A DNA stretch of 64,000 nt from Candidatus Obscuribacterales bacterium (GTDB lineage Bacteria > Cyanobacteriota > Vampirovibrionia > Obscuribacterales > Obscuribacteraceae), in NCBI GenBank assembly GCA_965228855.1, contig CBDDIJ010000003.1, positions 160,001 through 224,000 of the forward strand, read 5' to 3'. Below are positions 28,009-38,800 of the stretch, in pieces. Positions within the stretch are counted from its first letter, which is position 1; the number at the start of each line of letters is the position of its first letter. Under the pieces are notes generated by a model. It did not search any database. It was given only the letters and a program-made list of their open reading frames with translations, and was not told where the DNA came from. A program made the position numbers and the translations under genes.

Positions 28009-29018
28009 TTTGTCACCGCCTGGTATGCTTCGTACATTCTTCTGATTTCAGTTCGCTCCTGTTCCACCAGTGACGGTGGCGATATTATCTTCGCGCGCGC
28101 TCCAAATGAACGAATCCAGTGGATAAATTCCCTCGCTTCAGCAAGCTTGATACTAAACTCTACGTCGCCTGTTCCATCCTTCAAAGGTAGAACCTTTCCT
28201 TTAGGATGTCTCTCAACGGCCTCCAAAATGTACGGTGCAATTGTTCGTTCAAACCGGGCCACTATCGGCGGTTGCTTTTCAGCCTCTTCGAGTAGCTTCA
28301 TGCTGCGGGGGAAAGTCATTCCCCAGCCGCAGTTCATCAGGTAGTTAGCCTCTCTGAAGTTTTCCTCCGAATCCTCGTTGATACCGTGACTTTCAACGAT
28401 CTTCAAATCCTTGATGCGATCGATTCTGCGAGGGAAGTACACTTTGTCCTTTAAATCCCGGGTAATGCAATACCAACCGCGCTCATGAAACACCATAAGC
28501 AGAGGGAAACCGTTTGCTGTTTCATCCTTACCGACTCGGGGCGTGTTGTACACATATCGAACGGCTTGCCGCGTTCGAATCGCTTCTTTCAAGATGCTGA
28601 TCGTTTCAGGTCGATCTTTGCTCTTCATGATGTTGCGCTGTCTGACCGTGCTTATGCGCTGTCCACTTGCTATGTTCTGACCTCGCTGAAGGCTGAGTTC
28701 TGTCAATCTGTTTAACACCTCGTGTGCTTCGGGATCGTCCATGCGCACACTCAGCATGTGGAGCGCGTCAAGAACTAAACTCATCTCTGAGTCGGACAAG
28801 GTGCAAATGTCTTCCAAGACGTACCCGCTGCGCAGTCGCTCCTTGTCCGGAAGCAATTGATACTCGTGTTTCAACACCAGAATGTCTTTCGCCAGCGTCC
28901 TCTCGGTGACCGTGATACCTAGCGATGGTAGCTCGTTCTTCAAACCTGTCAGCGTGATGCCTGGATTGTTGGCGATCACCTTTATGATTGCAGACAGTCG
29001 TTTAATTTTGTCTGACAC
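28005..29018 (-). CDS. HTH-WYL-WCX transcriptional regulator
   Basis: VTERTLAKDI..L HTH; FHERGWYC..RRIDRI WYL; WIRSFGARAKIISPPSL WCX. Confidence 0.92.
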   Translation of the reverse strand: MSDKIKRLSAIIKVIANNPGITLTGLKNELPSLGITVTERTLAKDILVLKHEYQLLPDKERLRSGYVLEDICTLSDSEMSLVLDALHMLSVRMDDPEAHEVLNRLTELSLQRGQNIASGQRISTVRQRNIMKSKDRPETISILKEAIRTRQAVRYVYNTPRVGKDETANGFPLLMVFHERGWYCITRDLKDKVYFPRRIDRIKDLKIVESHGINEDSEENFREANYLMNCGWGMTFPRSMKLLEEAEKQPPIVARFERTIAPYILEAVERHPKGKVLPLKDGTGDVEFSIKLAEAREFIHWIRSFGARAKIISPPSLVEQERTEIRRMYEAYQAVTK

Positions 29019-29047
29019 TGTTGTTCACCTTGTCCAGAGTGTTCCGA

Positions 29048-29890
29048 TTAGATCATTCCGAGTGGAACATCGCGCTTGGGTGCCGGGTAAAGCTCGTCGA
29101 TTTTTGCTATGTCCGCGCCCGACAGTTTCAGCTTCAGCGCGCCTGCATTTTCTTCAACGTGCTTCAACTTCGATGCTTTCGGAATTGTGAACGTTCCATC
29201 CAGTCGAGTGAGGAAAGCTAGAACCACCTGGCGAACTGTCGCGTCATGAGCTTGTGCGATTGTTTCCAATTCCTTATATTCGCTGCTCTTCGCACCAGGA
29301 ATGGTGCCATAGGGCGTGTAGCCTACCAGCGCAATTTCATGTTTCTGACAAAATGGAATCAGCTTTCGTTCAATTCCACGATTATCCAGGTTGTAGAGAA
29401 CCTGATTACAAGCCAATCTACCCGTGCTCAGGCAATCAATTGCTTCTTTCAAATCATCAACGTCAAAGTTGCTCACTCCAAACGATTTGATTTTTCCATC
29501 CTTTTGAAGTTTCTCCATCGCCGCCAGGGTATCGCAGAGCGGAAAACTGCCACGCCAGTGCAGCAGGTAGCAATCGAGATAGTCTAACTTCAGGCGTTTC
29601 AGCGATTTTTCCAGTGCTGATATGGTACCGGTGTAGGTGGCATTCGAAGGAAGAACTTTACTGACGATATACAGCTTAGAACGATCAATTCCGATTAGTG
29701 CTTCTTGAATTACTTCCTCGGCACGTCCGTACATTTCAGCAGTATCGATGTGCGTTAAACCTAGTTCTGCTCCTCTGCGCAATGAGTCTATAGCCTCTTT
29801 TCGCGCATTGCCGGACTCAGGAACTTGCCAGGTTCCCTGTCCAATGATTGATACAGACTCGTCTGTGTATCCGAATTTTCTAGTGCTCAT
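29048..29890 (-). CDS. aldo/keto reductase
   Basis: IGQGTW, IDTAEMYG, SKV, LDCYLLHW, GVSNF, NQVLYNL, IPKA. Confidence 0.95.
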   Translation of the reverse strand: MSTRKFGYTDESVSIIGQGTWQVPESGNARKEAIDSLRRGAELGLTHIDTAEMYGRAEEVIQEALIGIDRSKLYIVSKVLPSNATYTGTISALEKSLKRLKLDYLDCYLLHWRGSFPLCDTLAAMEKLQKDGKIKSFGVSNFDVDDLKEAIDCLSTGRLACNQVLYNLDNRGIERKLIPFCQKHEIALVGYTPYGTIPGAKSSEYKELETIAQAHDATVRQVVLAFLTRLDGTFTIPKASKLKHVEENAGALKLKLSGADIAKIDELYPAPKRDVPLGMI

Positions 29891-29909
29891 GCGGCTGGAC
29901 CCAATACAT

Positions 29910-31040
29910 TTACAGGCTGATGTGATACTTGATTTCGTTTTCCAGCAAATCGATCTTCTCTTTGAGTTCAGACGATTTTGCGCCTTCGCTCTGATGCCAC
30001 TTCGCGATTAAGCTGCGAACGGTAGTTAGAAGTTCGCGGTCTCCACCGTGAATCAGCAAGCCACGCTTCTCGGTGAGAACGCGCTCTGCGATAGTAGCGA
30101 CGTGTTTCATAATCTCATCGACGTCACCGGAGATTGGAAGCAGAGCACTAGCAATGTGCGCAGCATCAGCCGATTCTAGCTTCTTCTCGTCGAGCATTTT
30201 GTACATTGTCGGGACTGCTTTCGAGGCATTCTTTCCGAGTCGCCCAAGAGCTTTCGCTGCTTCACCTTTTCCTGTGGAACCGCTCGATGAGTTATCCAAC
30301 TTGAGCGCCACCCAATCAGCTTGAACCGCTTCGATCAGAATGTCGACCAGATTTTCCGCATCCGGCGCATGTCTGCTCAGGTGAATTGCCGCCCACCAGC
30401 GATTCTTCGGCTCTTCACTTTTCAAAACCGGCTTCAAAACTTCGATGATTTCTTTCGGATTGCCGCTCGCCTCCGGATACCACTTAACCGCTTGCCGGCA
30501 ACCATCGGCAACAGCCTGCTTCAAAAGGTCATTCAACAGACTCGCGCGCGGAAGCAAATTGTTCAGGATGTTCATATTTGCCTGCTCCCACGAATTGCCT
30601 CGTGAGTAGTCGCGAGCGTCAATTGCCTTCGCAACCGCTACCGGCAAGCCTTTCTCCTCGACCGATGCAAGATACTCGTCCACGGTGGATTTCTGAAACT
30701 GACGCCACGGGTTGTTTATGACAGAGGTGAGATAGTCGTGATACTTCTGGTCAATCTTCTTGAAGAGCTCCGGAAATTCGTTTCTAAGCGCTGGATCGAG
30801 TTCCACCGCTGGTTTCTCCATGGTTGAAGTTGGGAATTCCGACGCAGGCGCTTGAAATTCCGAGGTTTGAGCCTCTGGCGCTTGACTCTTCACCCCCGCT
30901 TTCGGTTTTGCCTCCTTTGCAGCGGGCGCCGCTTTCGGGCTAGGCTTGGAGGAACTGGACTTCTTCGTCTCCTTCTTCGCAGGCTCTTTGGGGGCTGAGC
31001 TTGACTTCTTCTTGCTTGAATCAGCTTTCTTTCCAGGCAT
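29910..31040 (-). CDS. HEAT-repeat-like protein with Lys/Ser/Pro-rich N-terminus
   Basis: RWWAAIHL, EAAKALGRLG..A..AVP HEAT-like units; start moved to MPGKK (GAAGG upstream; TGcTAGAAT at 31081-31089). Confidence 0.72.
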   Translation of the reverse strand: MPGKKADSSKKKSSSAPKEPAKKETKKSSSSKPSPKAAPAAKEAKPKAGVKSQAPEAQTSEFQAPASEFPTSTMEKPAVELDPALRNEFPELFKKIDQKYHDYLTSVINNPWRQFQKSTVDEYLASVEEKGLPVAVAKAIDARDYSRGNSWEQANMNILNNLLPRASLLNDLLKQAVADGCRQAVKWYPEASGNPKEIIEVLKPVLKSEEPKNRWWAAIHLSRHAPDAENLVDILIEAVQADWVALKLDNSSSGSTGKGEAAKALGRLGKNASKAVPTMYKMLDEKKLESADAAHIASALLPISGDVDEIMKHVATIAERVLTEKRGLLIHGGDRELLTTVRSLIAKWHQSEGAKSSELKEKIDLLENEIKYHISL

Positions 31041-31148
31041 CGGCGTAAAACCTTCATCTATTAATAGAGAAACCAAACCGATTCTAGCAAATTGCGCAGT
31101 TGGGCTCATGAACGAACCTTTGACATCGTTGTTTGTTATGCTGTTGGC

Positions 31149-33101
31149 ATGATGTCTAAGCCTGCGATTAAACCGACCGCGACAACGATTTTCAAAGCAT
31201 TTACGTTGTCGATAGCACTGACCTGCGCGCCCGCTTTGCTCCGCACCGCAGATGGTGCGGTGTCCTCCACGGCGACGGAGAGTAGAGCCATCGGCACATT
31301 GAAACTCGCTACAACTGTTCTGCCTCCTTCGAGTGACTCTACGGATGCTGTGTTAAACGCTGCAAATGCAGCATTCTTCAGCGGCAATTTCGAAGCAGCC
31401 AGCGAATATTGTTTACAGCTTTTGGGTGCGAAACATGGCAAAGGCGCGAAGTCCGCATCAGCAGACCCGTCCGAAGAGATGGTCGAGGTTAGCTCCGCTT
31501 CCGACGCCCGAATTTTTATAAATCTCGGTTCGTGTTTTCTCGGAATGAAACAATACGCACGTGCCGAAAAATGGTTCGAGCACGCCGAAAAGGTCCTCGA
31601 CAAGGCGAAGTCTACCGACGCGCTCGCTATCGCGGACTGCAAATTAGGCTTGGCGGAGTGCCATTATATGCAGGGGCGCGGGAAGCAGTCGCTCAAAGAT
31701 TATAGTAGTGCCGTCGAGTCTTACCAGAAGACTCTTGGGTTGATGCATCCAGACGTGGTTCCGGCTGTTGAGGGACTCGCCGGAAGTTATTACATTGAGG
31801 GTGATTTTAAATCTGCGCTTCCTTTGTACGAGCATGTTGCGCGCATAGATCTAGCTGAGAAGGGACCAACTGATTTGCGGACAGGTTTGTCTTTAAACAG
31901 TTTGGCCGAGATCTACTATCAGTTAAACGATTGCGAAAATTCCCGAAAGATGTTCGAGCAGGCGTTCTGGATTTTTAAGAAGCACAATGCGGATCGTTTG
32001 CTCAGGCAAGCCGAAACTGTTTCCGTAAGAACAACTGCCACCGATGCTGCTACCATGCAGAAGCGAATCTCTGAGGCTGTTCTCGGTACCACGAACCTGC
32101 CGGATATCGCCAGGGAAACTTTGAGTTTGCTGAAGTCTGATGATTTTGACGGTCAGCAGATACAGTTTGAGTTGCGGCCAAAGAATTTTGAAAACTGGCG
32201 GGTGGCACGTCGCAACGTTGAAGAGTCGCTCTTCATTTCGATAGACCCTACCGTGAACCAGAAAGGCATGCTCGTTTGCCTGCATGGTCTTGGTTTGAAC
32301 TCGAAGAGTTTCAAGGACTTCTCCGCGAAGATTACACCATTCGGCTACGGCGTAATCGCGCTCGATGTGCGCGGTTTTGGTTCATTTGCTATGGAGAAGG
32401 GATTGGACAAGCTCGACCTCGACACCGGGCTTGAAGATCTTGCAGCCAGCGTTAGTTTGATTAAAGCACATAGTCCGAGTCTTCCGGTTATCGTGCTGGG
32501 TGAATCCATGGGGGGCGCTCTGGCGGTACAACTCGCGGCGAAGCATCCTGAGCTGGTGAATGCTCTGATAAGCGCAGTGCCATCGAGTAAACGTTTCAAA
32601 TCCACCCAGACCAATTTGCTGGTTGGTTTAAAACTCATTGAAGGCAAAAAGAAACCAATTCAGATTGGAAAGCGAGTAATCGAACAATCAACTGCCGATG
32701 AAAGTGTGCGAGCGGTGTGGATGAACGATCCTGGAAACCGTTTACAGTTATCGGCTGAGGAGCTCGTGCGGTTTCAAAACTTTATGAAGGAAACCGAGAA
32801 GGTCGCAAAAGATGTTAAGGCTATACCCGCGATAATTTTTCAAGGCTTCAGAGATCATCTCGTCAAACCTGAAGGTACAATCGCGCTGTATGGCGCGCTT
32901 GGTACCCCTCAAAAAGATCTCGTCCTGGTTGGTGATTCCGAACATTTGATCTTCGAGGAAGGTCAGGCTCCCGATGATATCGTGCGCATGTTGGCGGGCT
33001 GGCTGGATAGTCACATCGCGGTTAAGGAGAAGCTAAGACCGTCACCGAACCCGGTACCAGAACCGGTGACTTCCGGTTCAGTAAACACAAGCTTAGACTA
33101 G
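31149..33101 (+). CDS. exported TPR plus alpha/beta hydrolase (lysophospholipase-like) fusion
   Basis: signal peptide; TPRs; CLHGLG, DVRGFG, GESMGG nucleophile elbow, DHLV, SEH. Confidence 0.88.
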   Translation: MMSKPAIKPTATTIFKAFTLSIALTCAPALLRTADGAVSSTATESRAIGTLKLATTVLPPSSDSTDAVLNAANAAFFSGNFEAASEYCLQLLGAKHGKGAKSASADPSEEMVEVSSASDARIFINLGSCFLGMKQYARAEKWFEHAEKVLDKAKSTDALAIADCKLGLAECHYMQGRGKQSLKDYSSAVESYQKTLGLMHPDVVPAVEGLAGSYYIEGDFKSALPLYEHVARIDLAEKGPTDLRTGLSLNSLAEIYYQLNDCENSRKMFEQAFWIFKKHNADRLLRQAETVSVRTTATDAATMQKRISEAVLGTTNLPDIARETLSLLKSDDFDGQQIQFELRPKNFENWRVARRNVEESLFISIDPTVNQKGMLVCLHGLGLNSKSFKDFSAKITPFGYGVIALDVRGFGSFAMEKGLDKLDLDTGLEDLAASVSLIKAHSPSLPVIVLGESMGGALAVQLAAKHPELVNALISAVPSSKRFKSTQTNLLVGLKLIEGKKKPIQIGKRVIEQSTADESVRAVWMNDPGNRLQLSAEELVRFQNFMKETEKVAKDVKAIPAIIFQGFRDHLVKPEGTIALYGALGTPQKDLVLVGDSEHLIFEEGQAPDDIVRMLAGWLDSHIAVKEKLRPSPNPVPEPVTSGSVNTSLD

Positions 33102-33181
33102 ATTTGAGCTTTATAGATAGAATATCTTTGTGCAGGGAAGAATAATGTGACGCCTTCTGCATGTTTTGCTATAAGGGGAAA

Positions 33182-34228
33182 ATGCGCCTCGCACTTTTTG
33201 TTAACGACATTCAAACAGAAAAGGTTACCTACACGACTAACCTTTTCGCCCTAACTGCGATCAACCGCGGTCATGAGGCCTGGGTCATCGGCGCCGAGGA
33301 TTTCATTTATGACCGTGACGAGCGCATCAAGGCGCGGGCACGCCATGCTCCCAAGTCCAATTACAAGAGTGCACAAGCCTATTTATCAGATCTTCAAAGT
33401 AATAAGGCAAGAATCGAAGAAATTTGTCTTGATCAATTCGATGTTCTGATGCTGCGGAGCGATCCGTCAGAGGAGAGTGGAGCGCGGCATTGGGCGCAGT
33501 CGGTAGGAGTCGATTTTGGCAGAGAGGCGATGAGACACGGCGTGATTGTGGTCAACGATCCGGATGGTCTTGCTCGTGCGCGTAACAAGATGTACTTCCA
33601 AACGTTTCCCGAACAGGTTCGACCGCGCACCGTTATCACGCGCAGCCGAGAGAAAATTCGCGAGTTTGCCAAAGAAATGGGAAACTGGATGGTGTTGAAA
33701 CCGCTTCAAGGTTCAGGCGGTAAAGGCGTTTTCCTGGTCAAGCCCGAGGATATGTCCAACCTCAATCAAATTATCGAGTCGCTGAGTAAAGACGGTTATA
33801 TTATCGCGCAGGAGTATTTGCCGGCTGCTGCGAAGGGTGATGTCCGGCTGTTTATGATGAACGGTCATGCTCTTCGCTACAAAGGAAAGTATGCTGCGTT
33901 TAGAAGAATGGGAGCAGAAGGTGACATTAGAAGCAACGTCCACGCCGGCGGAAGTGTCGAGCAGGCGGTCATCACTGATGAAGCTCTTGAGCTTTGCAAA
34001 ATTGTCAGACCTAAACTCGTGCAGGATGGAATGTTTCTTGTCGGTTTGGATATCGTCGGCGATAAGCTGATGGAGATCAACGTGTTTAGCCCGGGCGGGC
34101 TCGTGAACGCTCAGCGATTTGAAGGTGTGAATTTCTCGCACGCTGTAATAGATTCGCTTGAGAGTAAAGTCGATTACATGCGGTTTTACAAGCGGAATTT
34201 TTGCAATGTTGAAATGTGTACGCTGTAA
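33182..34228 (+). CDS. glutathione synthetase-like ATP-grasp ligase
   Basis: DVLMLRSDP, VLKPLQGSGG, QEYLP, GDVRL, RSNVHAGG, GLDIVG, EINVFSPGG; start MRLALF. Confidence 0.85.
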   Translation: MRLALFVNDIQTEKVTYTTNLFALTAINRGHEAWVIGAEDFIYDRDERIKARARHAPKSNYKSAQAYLSDLQSNKARIEEICLDQFDVLMLRSDPSEESGARHWAQSVGVDFGREAMRHGVIVVNDPDGLARARNKMYFQTFPEQVRPRTVITRSREKIREFAKEMGNWMVLKPLQGSGGKGVFLVKPEDMSNLNQIIESLSKDGYIIAQEYLPAAAKGDVRLFMMNGHALRYKGKYAAFRRMGAEGDIRSNVHAGGSVEQAVITDEALELCKIVRPKLVQDGMFLVGLDIVGDKLMEINVFSPGGLVNAQRFEGVNFSHAVIDSLESKVDYMRFYKRNFCNVEMCTL

Positions 34229-34247
34229 TTAGTTTCTTACCATCTCC

Positions 34248-35735
34248 TCAAGGACCGCCATACAAGCGGCGAATCGTCGCCATATCGCGATTCGAGAGAA
34301 TAGGCAAAATGGTGGGAGACTCTGAGAAAAACATCACATCATTGTTGTTATTAGAGTGACCATTGATGCCTAGAGCATGACCCACTTCATGCAAGCAGAC
34401 CTTCTTCATGTCAGCATCGTTTAGTGGCATGCCACCGCGATTGGTGAGTATCGTCATATGCGCGTTAGTGATACTAATATCGGTGGCATTGACTGGTTGA
34501 CCATTTAATTTTGTCAGACCACCCTCAAGGAGGCGACCGTTGTCCATTACTTTATTGGCATCGCCCGTCCATTCGCATGTTATGTCACTTTGCTCAGGAT
34601 TGTTTGACAGCTCGAAGGTGATTCGATTTCCCGAAGCGACCGCCCATTGTGAAAATGAATCCATCAAATCCTGGTAGTAGGAGCTTTGGTAACCGGGAAC
34701 GCCGCCACCAGCCATGATGCAAACTCGAATAGGCATCTTCATCCATCGAAAATATTTGCCACCAGATGCGGCGCTTGCGAAATAGTCATTTTGCATAGTT
34801 TGCTGCTGCTGCTGCTGAACTCCTCTTCCACCGGAGCTCTGCATCTGCTTGCGCAGTCCCTGAATTCGCTGCCGGATATCACCTGCTTTGTTAGACCCGG
34901 GATTTTCGTTGAGAAAGCGTTCGTACCAGGTAATGGCGTTTGGTATATCTCCAAGACTTTGATAATTCGAGCCGATGTTTAAGACCGCTTCTTTCATGTT
35001 CGGATCTATTCGGAGCGCTGATTGGAATTCGCCAATTGCTTGCTGGCACTGTCCGGCGTTTGCGTAAGCGTAGCCCAGGAAAAAGTGCGCAGGTGCAAAA
35101 TTCGGATCGACGCTAATGGCCTGCTGAAACGCTGCCTGGGCCTGTGGATAACGCTTTTGATTGAGTAGCGACTGGCCCTGTTCGACTAGAGAGCGAAGAT
35201 TACCTGTCTGTTTCGACGCACCGGCACGTTGAATATAACCTCTTACTTGTGCGGCATCCGGCGCATTCGGATTGGTCTGTAGATACTGTTGAAAGTACGG
35301 AACCGCCTGGTCGAACCGATTCATATTCATCAAACAGGTCCCCAGATTGACGTTTATAAACGTCATCTGCGGATTCAATTGCAAAGCTTGTTGGTATTCA
35401 GAAATTGCCTGCTGCGGGCTGCCGCTGTTTTGAAAAGCCATCCCCAGATAGCCGTGTACTTCTCCGCAGCTCGGATCAAGGCTCTGGGCTTTATGCAAAA
35501 GACTAATAGCCTCTTTCGTCCGGCGTGAATTGATGAGCTGCTCAGCCTGTTCGCACATGCCACGCACCTCATCCGACATCGCAAACGCCGGAAAGACTTG
35601 GTGGGAGAGCATTAGAGTCGTGCCGAGCAGCACCGCCCTTGTCGTGAACGGTTTCCAAAGCGGTACAGGCTTACGGTATTGAGCAAAAAAAGATTTTGTT
35701 TCCAAAAGAGCGCACTCGTCAGGGTTTAACGTCAT
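34248..35735 (-). CDS. exported TPR plus matrixin-like metzincin metalloprotease
   Basis: two TPR blocks, poly-Gln linker, HEVGHALGINGH zinc motif, DVMF Met-turn; start uncertain. Confidence 0.9.
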   Translation of the reverse strand: MTLNPDECALLETKSFFAQYRKPVPLWKPFTTRAVLLGTTLMLSHQVFPAFAMSDEVRGMCEQAEQLINSRRTKEAISLLHKAQSLDPSCGEVHGYLGMAFQNSGSPQQAISEYQQALQLNPQMTFINVNLGTCLMNMNRFDQAVPYFQQYLQTNPNAPDAAQVRGYIQRAGASKQTGNLRSLVEQGQSLLNQKRYPQAQAAFQQAISVDPNFAPAHFFLGYAYANAGQCQQAIGEFQSALRIDPNMKEAVLNIGSNYQSLGDIPNAITWYERFLNENPGSNKAGDIRQRIQGLRKQMQSSGGRGVQQQQQQTMQNDYFASAASGGKYFRWMKMPIRVCIMAGGGVPGYQSSYYQDLMDSFSQWAVASGNRITFELSNNPEQSDITCEWTGDANKVMDNGRLLEGGLTKLNGQPVNATDISITNAHMTILTNRGGMPLNDADMKKVCLHEVGHALGINGHSNNNNDVMFFSESPTILPILSNRDMATIRRLYGGP

Positions 35736-35841
35736 ATACCCGGTAATCGTGGCGGCAAATGTGGCTTTTTGCTTTTATTGATCTCCAGAAGTGGAATAAA
35801 GAGTTAGAGCTTACGGAACCAGAACCCAGGAGCTTTTCCGA

Positions 35842-38800
35842 GTGTGGCCAACCCCCCAGGACTATAACGAAGCCGTTCAGCAGCCGCAGGCGTGCTTCTC
35901 CGATTCGGAGCTGCGGAGGTGCCGGGTCGAGTTGAATCACCTGGGTTTGCCGCGTCCCATGACGGGCGCATTCGCGAGCGTCTACCGCCTGTCGAATGTG
36001 GCGGGCACATCCTGGGCTGTGCGCTGTTTTCTAGAACATCGCGAGGATATGAAGGAGCGCTACAACGCGATTAAAACCGCGGTAGCTGGACCGGCGCAAG
36101 ATTTGTTTGCCTCATTCGAGTATATAGAGCGGGGCATTAGAGTTCGCAATGAATGGTTTCCTATTCTAAAAATGGAATGGGTCGATGGCGATAGTCTTGA
36201 CCGCTATCTCGACCGGCACGTGAAGACGCGCGCCAAGGTCGTAAGTCTTCACAAGCAATTTCGGGAATTGGCTTTGAAACTGAAAAAGGCTGGTATCGCC
36301 CATGGTGATCTTCAGCACGGTAATATTTTGGTCACGGACAATGGACTGCGCCTCATAGACTATGACGATATGTTCGTTGAGGGACTGGCTGGCAAAGTGA
36401 GTCACGAACTTGGGCATCGTAATTTTCAGCATCCCGGGCGCAGTAATGACCACTTCAATGCCGATTTAGATAACTTTGCGGAATGGGTTATCGACCTCTC
36501 GCTCAAGGCGCTGGTGGTCGAGCCTGATATCTGGCGAGATTTCGATTGCGGCGATGACTGTTTGCTGTTTCGTCATAGAGATTTTAAAGACGCAGATGAG
36601 TCCCCAATTTTTAAATATTTGCTGCATCACGACGAAGCTGAGTTGCGAGATTCTGCTAAATTGTTCGCGGATGTTTTGGCGTTGCGTCCAACCAAAACCC
36701 CTGACTATCAGAGTGATTCGGCAACAGTAGGCCAGCTTGTTCACCTTGAGAGTATTGAGGTAATCAACGAATCAGAAAAAAATGCGTTTGGGGATGACCG
36801 TGACGTTCACGAGCCTACCCTCACTGCGACTGAACTTTCATTCGTGGATTACGATCGGTGGCTTGCCAGCGTCGAACAACGCAAACAGCAACCAGGGAAA
36901 AATACGGCCAGATTTTTCGAGAGGGTGCGGACCGCAGGTGCTGGTTTCGTAAAAAAAGGCTGGCGTCACGTGGTATCACATCTGGCACCGTATGCATGGG
37001 CTCGAACCGCAGCAGACGAAGGGAATCGTGAATACGACGAAGGCAATTTGACCGAAGCGGTAAAGCTTTATTCGGATGCAGCAGCCGTACTCCGTGCAGA
37101 TCACAGCAAGCGCACAGGTCGCGGTACCCCAGTGACTATGGAACTTCTATGCGAGGTCCTGATCAATCTGGGTTACTGCTATGTTCGTAAAGAACAGCCG
37201 GGAACGGCGGCGCACTATTTTCGAGAAGCTAAAAGCGCGGCTTCTCCGATCGAGTTCGGTCAAGCACGTTTGCAAGCGCAGCTGCTGCTTGCGGCAACCT
37301 TATTCGATCTCGACAGGAAAGGCGACAGTCACATCGGCAATGCGCTGAATCCGCTGGCGACGGAACTGAATGTTTTAAAAGGGCAGATTGATACTGCCGA
37401 AGTTCTGATAGGAGCGGTGCGTGCTGAACGTGATGGCCCTTACGGCAACATGCTGACATTTCCGGCAATGTTGACCGAGCTTGGTCATGGTTATCTTTCT
37501 GCCGGTGATTTCCCTAATGCTCAGGCTGCATACAAAGCGGCGATGGAAGCCTGTCAATGGGTGAAGGATGAGAAGCAGGCAATTAAGACAAAGTTGATAG
37601 TTGCGCGCGCTGCGTGCGGTTTTTCCGCTACGCGTGTCGGGGAATCCGAGATCGATGATGCCGTCAAACAGTTTTGCGATCTAATGGACGTCGAAAGTGA
37701 TACCACTATTCTTCGGCAGTTGATACGAACCGAGTTGAAGGGACCGCTGAAATCCGACTGGAAATTTGCAGAACTAATGCGAGCGCTTGCTCATGATCTG
37801 GCTGCTCGCGGGCAATGTGAACATGCAGAATTGGCTTACCGGGCTGCTCTTATGGCATTGCGCCTCGCTGACAATCCTGAGGAGTATCAGCTCAAGATTG
37901 TCGACTGTCTTCTGGGATTGGGAAAATCTTTGGAAGCTGTCGCGGTGATTCGCGATTACTCGGAGTGGTCGAAAGACTTTTCGGCCCAACTATCTGAGCA
38001 TATTGACTCTATAGATGACTTCAACCATGCCCTGATAGTGAGCACCGTTGTATTCGACGATAATACTCACAAGAACCGCTACAAATGTCTGGAGTCCCTG
38101 GTGCGTACCTGCCCAGCCGCAGAGCAGGCCGGTCGAGCAGTTGCCGGAATCGAGCTCACCGACATCGGTTCAAAACTTGCCTTTGCCGAGTTGATGCTTG
38201 AACTCGCCCGCGACCTGAAATCCGCGAACCGCAGTCGAGTGGCAAAGTGCTTTTATGCTGCGGCGTTTAAGGCATTCAAGCGCGGTAATCTCGACGAGAG
38301 CTATGGCGCGTCGGTTATGGAATGTTTACTAGCCATGGGCGATCCCGAGGTCGCTGCCGGGTTGTTGCTGGACGGCGGCCGATTGGAAGAGATGGTTCGT
38401 TTGATGGTCAACGTAATGATTCAGCAAAAGCAATACGATCGTGCATCGATCTGCGAATTGCTCGTCAAGGTTGCGGATACACAGATGTCCAGACCTCCCG
38501 CGTCTGTAACCGAGGAAGAGATCAAGACGACTATCTCGCTTCTCGATTGGTGCGCCGGCGATGAAGAGGGACTTGCGAAGGAGACACGCGATAAGGCGCA
38601 ACGCTGGCTGGAAAATCGTGAGATGGCATTCGCCCATAGTTTGGTCGAGCAGGGTAAATTCGGAACGGCTCTTGAGCTGTTTGAAAAGCACGAAGGATCG
38701 TCCGGGCCGAATGTTATTTTGGTTCAGGAACTCTGGGTACTTAAGTACCTATCTGCTGCTTTGATAGACCGCGATCGTGGATATGTTACGGTTGCGGACG

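Noticed and set aside
26911..29890. anti-phage defence island around the WYL gene
   Set aside because: No nuclease, ATPase, CBASS, BREX or Cas gene is adjacent
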